Shown one piece after another: positions 1 through 13,937 of a stretch of 64,000 bases of DNA. The stretch is from Octopus sinensis. Taxonomy: Eukaryota. Below the pieces are notes generated by a model, which saw only the letters and a list, made by a program, of their open reading frames with translations, was not told the origin of the DNA and did no database searches. Made by a program: the position numbers and the translations under genes. Where the stretch lies: contig NC_043007.1 of NCBI RefSeq assembly GCF_006345805.1, positions 15,934,001 to 15,998,000 of the forward strand. The letters are read 5' to 3'. Every line of letters begins with the position of its first letter. Within the stretch, counting starts at the first letter, position 1.

Positions 1-214
1 AAAATAAACTATATATACACACATGCTCATACACATATAACTAAATATATATAACCATATCTAAATACATACACTAACTCACACACCAATATATATATAT
101 CTATACATACACATAAAAACGTCTAGGCAACAATAAATGAATAAATTTAAAAAATAGCCAAATACTTCAACACATTACTTATTCTTACTCCCTCACCCAC
201 ACATACAACCCACA

Positions 215-795
215 GTCATAAACAATATACATATACCCGCTCACACATACATATACATACATACAGAACTCGATATATACACCAATATATTCACCCCACA
301 CCCATACAGATAAATAAATTACGCAAACAATACCACACACACACACACACATTCACACATACATAAACACTCAAAAGAAAATAAACAATTCTTAGCGCGT
401 GGTGATCGAACTTTTTTTTTTTTAATTATAAATGGAAAGAATGGAATAATATTTAATCAACGTAAAAATACAGAATTTACTCCAAAATCACTAATAAACC
501 AATCATGATAATGAAACCCATATATACATATAATGATAAAACACCCTTTACCATACACAATAATACCTATATAGCAATCCCCATAATACATTCACACACA
601 AAAAACTACACATACGTAAAACACACACCCATAACATATACATATACCCCCTCACATATACATATACATACGTACTAAACTCGATATATACAACAATATA
701 TTCACACCCACACCCATATAGACAAATAAATTACACAACCAATTACGCACACACACACACATTTACACATACATAAACACTCAAAAGAAAAACAA
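215..795. repeat. Duplicated ~170-bp CA-rich segment (copies ~215-385 and ~628-795)
   Basis: Both copies read ...aactcgatatatac(a/c)caatatattcac...aaataaattac...cacatacataaacactcaaaagaaaa, about 410 bp apart. Confidence 0.75.
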
Positions 796-1065
796 CATAT
801 CTACACATAATACGATTTTTCCCTGTAAATTTGGATTTATTCCCTAATATTTGATATAATATATATAATATATATATATTATATATATATATGTATGTGT
901 GTATGTGTATGTATGTATGTATGTATGTATGTATGTATGTATGTAGTTATATGGTCATATCCGATATGGAGAAAGTTTAAACATTTTTAAAAGGAAGACT
1001 TGATAATTGTAATGTAGTGCATGAAACCAATGGTAGCACTGTATAACGACAGGTAAATGTATAAA

Positions 1066-2210
1066 CAGTGATACCCCGCACTACAAGTTTTATTCGTTCC
1101 ATAACTGAGCTCGTTTAACGATTTATTCGTTTTACTATTTACTCGTTTTACAAATCAATTTTCCCCATTGAAATTAACTAATATACGAATAATCCGTTCC
1201 AGCCCGCCAAAAGCATCCAAAAATAACTTTTATATGAGTTTTAAAACAGAAACGGTATAGTTACAAGTAAAATGACAATTATTAAAAAGAGCATGCAAAA
1301 GAAATATGCAAATTGGTTTTATAAACTGAATTACCTGAAAGATGGGACGATCTGTGCATGAGGAAGACGATAGAGCGAGAAGGAGGGTTGCTGTTTGGAA
1401 GAAGAATCAGCCATTAAAACTTCAGCAAAAGTAATTTCCGGTGTGTTCTCTCTCCGCTTAATTTAGGCTTTTTGGATGCATTTTCTTCACTTTTACACTT
1501 GCAGGTCGTTTCATTAGACTGCTTTTTCCTGCCTTTCAAAATGTTATGAAAATGTGCCAGAGCAGAGTCATTAAATAAAGCAGTTGCACGACCTGTAGAT
1601 AGTTTATCAGGATGATAGTTTTCTACAAATTCAGAAACATACTGCCACTTTACCAACGTTGCCTTTATGTCACTCGTAGAGATAGCCTTCTCCACTACTG
1701 TCTTCTCCTCCGGGGAACCAATCTCTTCCACCGCATCCAAATGCTGCTTCTTGATGCTGCAGGAGTTCATCTGTCGTCAGCTCCTCTGAGTGTTCCTCGA
1801 CGAGATCGTTAATGTCCCATTCGTCAACCTCAAGGCCCATGGACTTGCCAAGAAACACTATCTTCTCGACTACAGGTATCTCTGGCTCAAATCCCTCGAA
1901 GTCTCTTTCAGATACGCAGTCAGGCCACAGTTTCCTCCATGCAGAATTCAGCGTCCTCGTTCCACTCTGCCAGGCCATATCGATGATTTTCAGGCATTTT
2001 ACAATGTTGTAGTGTTCCTTCCAAAACTTACGAAGGATTAGATTTGTATTTTCGGTGATTTCAAAACACCGACGAAACAGGTGTTTGATGAATAATAGGT
2101 GTGGTGTTTCGTGAAAGGTACAAAACTTTTATAAATTTAAATTTGTCCAGGATATCATCTTCGAGATTAGGAGGGTAAGTAGGAGCATTTTCGATGATGA
2201 GGAAGGCCTA
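1066..2210 (-). mobile_element. Decayed Tigger/pogo DNA transposon (3' half of transposase plus probable right end)
   Basis: Frameshifted minus-strand pieces: IENAPTYPPNLEDDILDKFKFIKVLYL, KHLFRRCFEITENTNL..FWKEHYNI, AWRKLWPDCVSERDFEGFEP and VEEHSEELTTDEL. These are typical of TIGD1/Tigger DDE transposases. A CAGTGATACC TIR-like end is at 1066. The 5' part is lost at the (TA)n tract. Confidence 0.85.
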
Positions 2211-2246
2211 TTTATATATCTATATATATATATATATATATATATC

Positions 2247-2281
<35 letters not shown>

Positions 2282-2345
2282 TGTATAGATAGATATATAT
2301 CTATATATAGTATATATAATATATATATATATGTATATATATATA

Positions 2346-2400
<55 letters not shown>

Positions 2401-2470
2401 GATTAGATAGAGATAAGATAGATAGATAGATAGATAGATGATAGATAAGATATAAGTATATTCATATATA
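2211..2470. repeat. (TA)n/(GATA)n microsatellite
   Basis: Direct inspection. Confidence 0.95.
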
Positions 2471-2696
2471 CATACATATATGTACATACCTATATGTATA
2501 TGAATATATACATGCATATATGGGTACAGGACATCGAAAAAATGTGAACGCGATTATACAGTGCATGTTTTCATTTGGCAAGAAGAAAATACCTGTTTCA
2601 ACACAGGATTTCACAAACGTAAGAATTTGAAACATTAGCTTCAAAATATGGTGTTCCCGTTGCTTTTAGAATGTTCATAATAATTCCTTTTCGTAC

Positions 2697-3085
2697 ATGT
2701 ATGTATGTATGTATGTATGTATGTAGGTATGTATGTATGTTTGTATGTATGTATGTATGTTTGTATGTATGTATGTATGTATGTAGGTATGTATGTATGT
2801 AGTATGTATGTATGTTTGTATGTATGTATGTATGTGTGTAGTTATGTTTGTATGTATGTATGTATGTATGTATATGTGTTGTATGTATGTATGTATGTAT
2901 GTATGTTTGCATGTATGTATGTATGTATGTATGTAGTATGTTTGTTGTTGTATGTAGGTATGTATGTATGTATATATGTATGTATGTTTGTATGTATGTA
3001 TGTGTATGGTATGTCTGTATGTATGTTGTTGTGTATGTGTAGTATGTATGTACGTATGTATTATGTATGTATGTATGGATGAATG
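2697..3085. repeat. (TATG)n microsatellite
   Basis: Direct inspection; explains the YVCM/HTYI ORFs. Confidence 0.95.
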
Positions 3086-3489
3086 GATGGATGTTTGTGT
3101 GGCGGGGATTTAAGGGTGGTGATGGATTGGTGACAGCAAGCCTTCTCAAAAGGATTTTACCAGGGAGTAGAATTTTTTCCGGTCCTTTTAGTTTTCATTA
3201 TATGCAAATATGATTTGATATCCCTGGAAATTCCTAAAACTGGGTTTATCTCCTGTAACTATAACTGATCAACACAACTTATACCTCGTGAGCAACAGTG
3301 TATATATCTTTGTAAGTTACTGGACATATAAATACACGGAGGAGGAGATAAATACACTGAAAGTTAGATAGATATCTACGTATACATACGTACATACATA
3401 CATACATAAATATATATATACATATATATAATATATAATATATATATATATATAATCTTCTCTCTTCGCTCTTATACGCCATTTGGTCT

Positions 3490-3790
3490 CAACTCTCCCA
3501 CCCTCCTCATCTAACCCCCTCTCCCCCCTCCTCACCTATCCTTTCCCCCCGACCCCTACTTCTTCAGTCCTTCATCTTCTTTCCCACTACTCCCCTTCCC
3601 TCTTCCCTCTTTCTCCCTCCCTCCTTCCCTCTTCCCCTTCCCTCTGCTCCCTCACTCCCCCTCTCCCTCTTTCCTCCTTCCTCCCCCTCCTCCCCTTCTT
3701 TCTCCCCCTCCATCTCTCTCCCCCATCCTCCTCCTCTTCCCCCTCTCCTCCTCCCCCCCCTTCTTCCCCCCTCTTCTCCTCACTACACCA
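3490..3790. repeat. Polypyrimidine (C/T) low-complexity tract
   Basis: About 300 bp that are almost entirely C and T on the + strand. Confidence 0.9.
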
Positions 3791-3829
3791 CCAAACTTCA
3801 ACACATCACATCATATATGATGTGCCATA

Positions 3830-4170
3830 CTAATACATACACCAACTAATACATACTAATACGTACTAATACATACTAATACATACTAATACATACACCA
3901 ACCCTATACATACACACGTCCAGACCCCTCATAAGCACTTATACTCTCTCATACACACACACACACACACATATACATACTAATACGTACTAATACATAC
4001 TAATACACTAATACTAATACATACACCAACCCCATACTACGCACGTCCACACCAATCCTACGCACTAATACTCTCTCATACCACAAACACACACACACAC
4101 ACACACCCTTATACATACTAATACATCACCAAACCCTATACATACACACGTCAGACCCCTCCTACGCACT
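3830..4170. repeat. Imperfect tandem repeat (ATACATACTAAT 12-mers within ~125-bp units)
   Basis: Three copies of catacaccaaccc(t/c)atac...cacgtc..actctctcatac, interspersed with atacatactaat. Confidence 0.7.
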
Positions 4171-4339
4171 ATTAGCTGGTCTTCAACCATATTATCAACC
4201 CTATTATCTCCCTTATTTCGCTCTCGCGTCACATGTTGATCTTTGACCTCTGGCCGAAATCAGATCGCCATGTTGATCGTTAGCTACTGCACGCATTTTT
4301 TTTCTCTCCTTCTTTCTGTGTTTTTTTTCTCTCTGTGTA

Positions 4340-4379
4340 TCTTTCTGTTGAAGAGCGTAGGCTCGAAAAACGTTAAAGA
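4340..4379 (+). ncRNA. Hammerhead-like fold with variant core, in a Penelope-type tail fragment
   Basis: tcttt-CTGTTGA-a-gagc(gtag)gctc-GAAAAAC-GTT-aaaga. Stems I and II pair; the core departs from CUGANGA and has two extra A. Confidence 0.45.
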
Positions 4380-4832
4380 CTTGTTTATTTATATTTCCTG
4401 AGCGCCATACTAATACAATTGTTCGTTTGTTTTCCACCTGCCTTCGTCTTTTGTCTATTTTCATAAAGCTTTCCCGTATATATATATATATATATATATA
4501 TTAATATATATATATATATTACATACACACATACATATGTACATGTTGCATTAATAGTTACGTACATAAATACATAAATACATATATACATACAATATTA
4601 ATGTATATAATATATATATATATATATGTTGTGTGTGTGTGTGTGTGTCTATCTATCTATCTATCTCCTTCTCTCTCTATATATATAGACACACATATAT
4701 ATATATATACATATATACTAACATATATTATAAATACATACATACAAATAAATACATACATGCATACATATATATATATATATATATAATATATATATAT
4801 ATAAAATACATATATGCATATATATTCATATA

Positions 4833-4870
<38 letters not shown>

Positions 4871-5616
4871 TGTATATATAGGCATACACACACACACACA
4901 CACACACACACCACACAAACATATATGTAGAGAGAGAGGAGGAGACTGAGGAATGGACTATTGCTCTGCAAGTGATGTGGAACGAAATGTAGAATCGAGC
5001 GCTTTAAAGTCGACGAACGGAGGACATTTTACTTCGTTGTCCGCAGAGATTAGGGGAAATAGGCGGTTGTAGAAGCAACTGTAACGGTATTAACACAGTT
5101 TTGATGAAGCAGCATGCATAGGAAGTTAGTAGTGCTGGCTGGCATTTTGGGTTCGCTTGAATGTGCACCAGAGTACACCAGAGTATTGCAGTAATAGAGG
5201 AGAGCGGAGACAGACAAAACTCTTATATGAAAATGAATGGCGGAGATATCTTATGGATGGTTAAACTGGGATTAATTGTAACGTTTGTTACCGCAGTAAT
5301 TGCTCCTATCGACACATTAACAGTTCAGACCTCGCTCATTCACTTAACTCCTCTAAACTTCCTATGAGCTATTGCTTCCCGGGCTATAGTTTCTGTTGTT
5401 GTTGTTGTTGTTGTTGTTGTTTGATGAAGTGATTGTTGGTAATATTGCCTGTTTAATGGTGATATAGTGGTTGTTTTTTTTAACACTTGTATTGACGGAT
5501 TGGATTATATTGCCTGTTTAATTTGCAGCTTTATAAGAACCACGATGCACTACTTTCCCCTAACCACAGCTGTGCGAAGCAAGATGCAATAATGTTGGTT
5601 TGTTGGGTGATTGGTT

Positions 5617-5716
5617 NNNNNNNNNNNNNNNNNNNNNNNNNNNNNNNNNNNNNNNNNNNNNNNNNNNNNNNNNNNNNNNNNNNNNNNNNNNNNNNNNNNN
5701 NNNNNNNNNNNNNNNN
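5617..5716. other. Assembly gap (100 N)
   Basis: Run of exactly 100 N. Confidence 1.
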
Positions 5717-6420
5717 AGTGACTAGTTGTATAGACTGCACGGTGGCGACTGATTTCTTTAGTTTAAAATGTGATAACTGAGAAAAAGTTGAATGTTTTTG
5801 GTGAAAACAAACCAATGAAAAACTTGTTTGACTACTTGAAAATTCTGTTGTTGTATGTAGATAGAGAAACATCATAAACTTCCATAACATTCTCAAAGAT
5901 TTTGGTGCAACATTCTAGCCTTACAAATTCGTACATCCTGACATGAAACTTGTTGCCGTCATTAGTAGGTGTTATTTATTCCGAGGAAAATATCAAGCGA
6001 CCTTCTGCAAATTTTCATAGAGACCTGTGTCATTTGTTGTGATGAAGAAACAAGTTGGAACAGAGCCGTCTTTCCTGAACTTTAGTGAAGGCCTGTAGCC
6101 TAGTGGTTAGGGCGTTACGCTCATTACCGCAATATTGTGGTTTCGATTTCCATATCAGACAGTTTGTTGAGTTCTTGAGCAAAACGATTCATTTCACACT
6201 GCTCCAGCCCACTCAGCACTTTTAATGACTAATTCTACGACGGACTGGCTTCCAGTTCAGGGTAAATGTTAAGATCTCGGTCTCTTATACGCCATGAAAA
6301 CCGGGTAACCTGTACTATGAGGCCGAGGTCTTAAGACAGTAATGTCCAAGGGATGATGACGATGACGACGACGACGACGACAACGAAAGATATATATATT
6401 GCAAAGCTATTTGCATTAGG

Positions 6421-6710
6421 TGGAGGCACAATGGCCCAGTGGTTAGGGCAGCGGACTCGCGGTCGGAGGATCGCGGTTTCGATTTCGATTCCCAGACCGG
6501 GCGTTGTGTGTGTTTATTGAGGGAAAACACCTAAAAGCTCCAGGAAGCTCCAGCAGGGGGGTGGGGGTGGCGACCCCTGTTGTACGCTTTCGCCCCAACT
6601 TTCTCTTACTCTTTCTTCCTGTTTCTTGAGTAACGCGGCGATGGACTGGCGTCCCGTCCAGCTGGTGGGGAACACATACGCCACAGGAACTGGGAAACCG
6701 GGCGCATAAA
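6421..6710 (+). mobile_element. tRNA-derived SINE, family C (CORE/V-like body)
   Basis: A/B-box head (agtggttagggcagcgg...ggtttcgatt) and body gcgatggactggcgtcccgtccag. Other copies at ~17926-18180 (+), ~23990-24268 (-) and ~38227-38520 (+). Confidence 0.75.
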
Positions 6711-7068
6711 AGAATTTGCATTAGAGGTCATATTGTGACACGCCTAGCTGAAGGGGAACTGGTTGTAACTGAAGCAAGTAACAGGGTGATTATTACTGTG
6801 GATTCAATCACCAGAATCATGAAATGATCTGGAGCAGAGACCATAAGTACAACAATCCTTGAAGCTGAAGTGACAGAAAATAATCGGAGTCGATACAAAC
6901 CGAAAGAAAACGATTAGACGCAGCTGTTTGGATCCTGGGGGTTTGGTACGGCTAACTAGACATGGAACCTGTTTGGGCGATAACGCTTTTGGGGACTACA
7001 AGCAAATACACACACACACACATACACACACACACACACATGTACGTGCATGCAGGAATATAGACATA

Positions 7069-7380
7069 AGGCGGCTAGCTGGCCGAGACGTTAGCACGTC
7101 GGGCAAAATTCTTAGCGGCATTTTGTCTGCCGCTACGTTCTGAGATCGACTTTGCCTTTCATCCTTTCGGGGTCGATTAAATAAGTACCAGTTACACACT
7201 GGGGTCGATATAATCGACTTAATCCGTTTGTCTGTCCGTGTGTATCCTCTCTGTGTTTAGCCCCTTGTGGGTAGTAAAGAAATAGAGATAGGTATTTCGT
7301 CTGCCGCTACGTTCTGAGTTCAAATTCCACCGAGGTCGGCTTTACCTTTCATTCTTTCGGGGTCGATAAAGTAAGTATTG
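7069..7380 (+). mobile_element. tRNA-derived SINE, family B
   Basis: ggcgg..gctggcagaaacgttagcac...gagttcaaattccgccgaggtcgactttgcc...ccttgtgggtagtaaagaaatagg. Copies at ~10091-10500 (tandem body), 12265-12500, 22040-22255 (-), 23070-23300 (-), 36927-37160 and 45703-45910 (-). Confidence 0.8.
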
Positions 7381-8959
7381 AAGCTTCTGATGTCAGATAA
7401 GTCAGCGTCGAACCAATGGCGCCAAATAGGTGGAGACAAAACGATTGTGCTGAAACGTACTAATCCAGAGTAACGCATTTGCAGGACAGTAAGAATGTCT
7501 TGCAATATTTTCACCATTTGACACCTTGCTTTTCTTTATCGGAGTTCACTGAGTTCCAAGTATTCGGGCCAGGTTTTTGGTCTGAGCTACGCTACCTTCT
7601 CCTACCACTAGTTTCGGCGGCCCAGTAATTAGACAGGTGCACTACCTTCCCTCTTAACTAAAAACAAAAGTACCACACACAACCCATACAAGCGTAGAGC
7701 TACAAAGTTCCATATCTGCACATGTATAAAGAAATGCATACACACATTAACATTTCATATACACATATTAACTCTTTTACTCTTTTACTTGTTTCAGTCA
7801 TTTGACTGTGGCTATGCTGGAGCACCGCCTTTAGTCGAGCAACTCGACCCCAGGACTTATTCTTTGTATATATATATACCTACGTACAGATTTATTTATG
7901 AAGAAAAACATACTAAAGAAATATCAGAAACTGTGTAGAACATTGAAGGACATGGAAAGAAAAATAGTGAAGAATGGAAATGATGTACGCGCAAGTGAGA
8001 TTATTCAAAACGAAGATAGATAACTCTTTCTTTACTAAACAAAATATTTCGATTATTGATGGATAATCAAAGAAAGAGTTATCTACCTTCTGTTAAAAGT
8101 GTATCATATTCAATCAAATAAATTAATTTTATATATCTCAGAACGTCTGTAAATTCCAGGCCTTACGCATAAATTAAAAAATACATTTCTTTACCGATGT
8201 TTAGGAAAATTTTGCTCTAGTCTTTTCAGACAAAGAAATATTCGTTTATGACGTCATGTAATTAGCGTTCTGTTAATTAGTGAATCACCGTTTGAAATAA
8301 GATAAATATCATTTACTCAAAGCGAAAGATGTTGGAGCTTTACTCTTTCAAAATGTTTTTATTATGACGTAATAATAGTTATAGTGTCTTCGGAAAGTAT
8401 TCAACTTTATTTTTCCTCTATTTTTTTCATATATTCAATGCTTTAGGGGACACCAGCTTTGGAATTATATAGACTTTTGTATATCCTCTATTAAAACTAA
8501 AACAGACAACAGCACTCAGAAATTTACCCAACAGTGTGGTAGACAAACATACTTTAGATATTCTACAAACAAACAACACAAAATCTTAATAAGAATATCG
8601 TATAATATCCGGATAAGGATTTTTTCCGAACGTGCATATACTGAAGCGCACGTACGCACACATGCACGCACACATACACACGCACGCATGCACACACATT
8701 TTTATTCATTTACTGCTTTCATTCGTTGAACTGTGCCCATGCTGAAGATCCGTCTTCAAACGTTCTTAGTCGATCTTAGCAACCTTAGTGCCATCAAATA
8801 ATGGACTGACACACCAAACGTTAAACTCACTCTCATAAGCGATTTCTAGTTATAGTCCTTCGTGAGGCTTGAAGTATCAGTTTTTACCTCATTTGGTTTG
8901 GTTTTGTAATGGTCGCACAACGGCGATATATTTTTGCCTTATAGTTGCATCTTTGCTCT

Positions 8960-9560
8960 TTGCTCTTTGTTTTTCCAGTCCTGATTCAGTCTTCTTTCAA
9001 ACTCCTGATTTTGAGTTGCCCCACACTCTTCTAGATACTCTCTAACAAAATGAATATATTCTTTTAAGTTCACTCAAATATTTTGGTTGTACATTTTCTT
9101 TGCCCCTCGCTGTTTTTCTTTCCGGTTCATAAACACACCCATCCCTTTATCGTAGGTTGTATTCTTGATCTTAAAAACCTCTGACATGTTTCCGTGGATG
9201 ATCTTTTGTGATGAAAGTTGGGTAAAACCAGCTTCTTATGTCGTTCCCTATGTGAGAACTTTCGTTCGAAGACAAGTTTTGTAGCTTTTCGTTGTATATT
9301 TTGTACCATTTCCATACCTTTCATTTTGCATAGGACCCGGATCTGGTTTCTATATTCTAGATAATGTCTCCCCAATTTTGTATACAATATCTTAAGCATT
9401 TCTTCGTACAGTGTCCCCTCGAAAATCACCTTATAACACCCAGCAGCATCTTGCTTTCTGTTCTCTTGAAACTTCTCAAGCTTCAATTTTTTATCGATCA
9501 TCGTCCAAGCTTTTTGTCGCTGTGCATTCCAACATTTTGGCTATTTCTGAGAACAGAACT
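8960..9560 (-). mobile_element. Decayed CR1-clade LINE, ORF2 C-terminal fragment
   Basis: MIDKKLKL...LYTKLGRHYLEY...VQNIQRKATKLV...SHRERHKKLVLP resembles the CR1 motif L-VRPHLEY...LERVQRRATK...SYEERL. Confidence 0.75.
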
Positions 9561-10884
9561 TTTTAACTATTACCAACCTCATTTAAACCCTGTTGCAGTT
9601 AATCTAATCTGAACCTACAAGTTACTATAGAAACCTAGGACATATCCTAAACGGCTACAAACACATCTTCCGGCCTCTTTGAATTGTTAACGGTTGTGTT
9701 TTGGCCTTCGTAAAGCACCACCGATGTTCCAGACGTTTCTTCAATAAAGTAGCACAGACATGCAAAGATGTTTCCACGATAGCGCCATCCGTGGTTTACT
9801 TTATATTTACGCCTTCCTAAATGATGACCTTCGTGAATGATAACCAACAAGCGTTCGCTCAACTTTGAACGATTATGTGTGAGGAGCACATTCACCTAAT
9901 TTTTTAATATCTCATTCAATACGGTGAATATTACTTTGATGCTAAATTATTGGTTTTCCTCTGGAATATCATAAATAGAAATAGAAATCACTCTCTCCTG
10001 TTCAATTATTTTGACAAATCATTCCAACAAACAAACAAACATACTAAGTAACTGGAAGAAGAATAAGTTAATTACATGAAAAGCTACACAGGCGGCGAGC
10101 TGGCAGAAACGTTAGCACGTCGGGCGAGATGCTTAGCGGTATTTCGTCTGCCGCTACATTCTGAGTTCAAATTCCGCCGAGGTTGATTTTGCCTTTCATC
10201 TTTCCGGGGTCGATAAGTACCAGTTACGCACTGGGGTCAATGTAATTGACTTAATACGTTTGTCTGTCCTTGTTTGTCCCCTCTCTGTTTAGCCCCTTGT
10301 GGGTAGTAAAGAAATAGGTATTTCGTCTGCCGCTACGTTCTGATTTCAAATTCCGCCGAGGTCGACTTTGCCTTTCATCCTTCCGGGGTCGATAAATTAA
10401 GTACCAGTTATGCACTGGTGTCGATGTAATTGACTTAATCCGTTTTTCTGTCCTTATTTTCCCCTCTGTGTTTAGCCACTTGTGGGTAATAAAGAAATAT
10501 ATATTAAAAGCTACAGCGTTAAGAATCGAACAAATGGTAGGTGAAACTAGTTCGTTCAAAAGTTGATGCTCCACTTTGCTTGTAAGTTGATGCATCCACC
10601 GTTAAAGTTGGATGTGGGTTCGAACAGATTATAACAATGTCTAGTAATCACTTTTCTTCTTCCCTAAGTGTCTTCAGCTTTAATATAATATACTTTTTGA
10701 GTGTAGATTTTCGACAAATTATCTCGTAATTAAATGCATCTACTGCCTGCTGGAAAAATGTTACTACATTTCAACTCCAGGAAAACATCTTGTTAACGAC
10801 ACACACAACCTGTGCCTGGTATATTGCGAGTAAGGGAGTGAACCACTCCTCTCCAGAATTCGAGTCATTCTTCGCATCTTTCCT

Positions 10885-11650
<766 letters not shown>

Positions 11651-11806
11651 TTCAGTGCATAATAAATTATGTTTACATGTCTGCACTCATACGCATGCTA
11701 CACTTCATACAATACAGTTGTACATTCCCAAATCAATGCCGATAAAGGAAGATAGCTCATTTGATTACCAGAAGCACCATGATGTTCTGGTAATTTGATT
11801 AACTAC

Positions 11807-11980
11807 CTTTCTTGGTTGATAAATTTGTTTTGATGTTCAGCAGTTTCACGTATCTTTGAGTTTCTGAACACGCTGTTTAGTGTCAACCTAGTTATGAAAT
11901 GTCCCGCTTGTATTGAATAATGGTACAGGCTCTTGTCCAATTTCTTATAATGCAGCAAACCTGATGGTTCCAGCTGGAAT
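11807..11980 (-). other. Candidate exon of an unidentified minus-strand transcript
   Basis: Acceptor atttcag, donor AAG|gtagtt, 174 nt, one open frame (FQLEPSGLLHYKKLDK...NKFINQE). No family recognised. Confidence 0.3.
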
Positions 11981-13068
11981 CTGAAATATTTTAGTTCGAA
12001 AGTACTACACAATACCTTCAAATTTTTAACAAACACATTTCCTAATTTTTATTCTTAATAAAATATGAAACCTCAAATTGTTGTTGTTGTTGTTATTACT
12101 AAACTTATAAAAACAGTAGAGAATCTAATGAAATGTTTGGTTGTATTTAGAATTTCCTTCTTGGTGTTTTGGGTTCAAATCCCGCCAGTCTTAATTTCCC
12201 CATGGAAATTTCACGGATCATTATCTCCCATAATCATTTCCATTGTCGGTAATAATGTCTTATAAGGCGGCGAGCTGGCAGAATCGTTTGCACGTCGGGC
12301 GAAATGCTAAGCAGTATTTCGTCTGCCGCTACGTTCTGAGTTCAAATTCCGCCGAGGTCGACTTTGCCTTTCCTCCTTTCGGGGGTCGATAAATTAAGCA
12401 CCAGTTACGCACTGGAGTCGATATAGTCGACTTAATCCGTCTGTCTGTCCTTGTTTGTCTCCTCTGTGTTTAGCCCCTTGTGGGTAGTAAAGAAATAGGT
12501 AATAATGTCCTGTCGATTAAGCTATGGTTTTCTCTGCTTTTCTTCTATTCTTCAATTCTCTCGAATCCTCAGCATATCATTGGCGCAGTTATTAACGGAA
12601 TGTTTATCAGCGGACACAGAGTTTGCTTGGACCGATTTCTTCGACATGCCATCATCGTGGCAATCACCAATGGAACTCACTTTAAAGAAACCAGAGTTTG
12701 ATTGGACAATATTATCAGTTCAGACATTGTCAGTTCAGCAATCAGAGTTTTTGACACGAGCACAGTGGTGGGTAGTGTCGATCAGTTTAATATGATTGAC
12801 CTTTGGCATAAATTTATCAAGACAAAACCAACTTTAAAAACCCCAGGCGAAGAAACAGTTAAAGACGGTCCCACTGACGAAAAAGGCTGAAAATCAATTT
12901 TCATGAGGCAACAAGTAATACGAAGGGCAAAGAAAAGAGCCAATCGTATGGAGCGATTCTTCTAAAAGGCTTTCCGTTTTTGCTTGATTGATTGTCTGTT
13001 AGTTTTTGTTTTGTTTTTGCTCTTAATGCTGTTTTAACATCTTTCAAAGAAAACGGTAAGTTTATATA

Positions 13069-13448
13069 TCTTTATACATAAAACTGTAGTTGTGTGAGTG
13101 TCTGTCCCCTTCGATTTAGATTCCTAACTACTCCCACATTTTGCGGTGCAGTTTAACCAAAACCGGCTATCTTATAGTCGTGATTCATATCGAGCCCTTC
13201 TGGGTATTAGCGCGCGTCTACAATGAGTCTACGATTTTTAAAATAATTTACCATTTTTTTCTATTTTCATGCATATTTTTTTAAAGGGAAGTAACTCTCT
13301 AAAAATGTCTACGATGAGTCAACGATTTAAAAAAAAATTTACCATCATATTTTTTCCATTTTTAATGCATTTTTTGCTATTTTTTGGCCATAACTCTATA
13401 AAAATGCTGTATAGTTATTTCCCTTACAAACCCGAGCAACGCTGCTAG
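13069..13448 (+). mobile_element. Non-autonomous Helitron-like element
   Basis: A|TC 5' end, 3' ...gagcaacgctgCTAG|T. A closely similar inverted copy lies at 17364-17763. Confidence 0.7.
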
Positions 13449-13706
13449 TGTAACATAATACCATAATCAAGTCCCTTTAAGATGGGTTCAAGGGCTTATG
13501 TAATTCCAGAACATGTAACAGAGAAGCATCTTGTAAGAGCATCGGTAGCTGCGTTACCGTTGTAAGGTATTGATCGAGTGTCATAGTCGTAGGATGATAA
13601 TGTGAAACCTCCAAAGAAAAATCTTAATTCTTAGTTTTCCCTTCACTGTATGACTAAATAGGAATTTGTTTGCTTGTTGAAGTTTATATAATATTAACTA
13701 GTTTAC

Positions 13707-13774
13707 CTTTCTTAGCAGTATTTATAACAGTTAAACCTCCATTTCAATTGAAGAGAAAATTTGAAGCACCGTAA
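13707..13774 (-). other. Candidate exon of an unidentified minus-strand transcript
   Basis: Acceptor ttttcttatcctacag and donor AAG|gtaaac. It has stops in all three frames, so it is non-coding or terminal if real. Confidence 0.3.
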
Positions 13775-13901
13775 CTGTAGGATAAGAAAAGTTAGTTGCA
13801 ATATGTTGTGGAACTTCAAATAAGCGAAAGAGAAATCAACTATTGGAGTTTGAAGTAGAACAGCAACAAAAACCGAGATATCCTTTTATTTTTATATATA
13901 C

Positions 13902-13936
<35 letters not shown>

Positions 13937-13937
<1 letters not shown>

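Noticed and set aside
2598-4922. YVCM/HTYI/IYIY-rich ORFs
   Set aside because: They are translations of (TATG)n, (TA)n and (CA)n microsatellites.
5523-5896. ORFs spanning the N run
   Set aside because: They cross a 100-N gap of unknown true length, so frame continuity is meaningless.
12480-12890. Two in-frame ORFs separated by TGA as a selenoprotein or readthrough gene
   Set aside because: I recognise no family and see no SECIS-like element or coherent exon context. It is kept only as an unexplained island.
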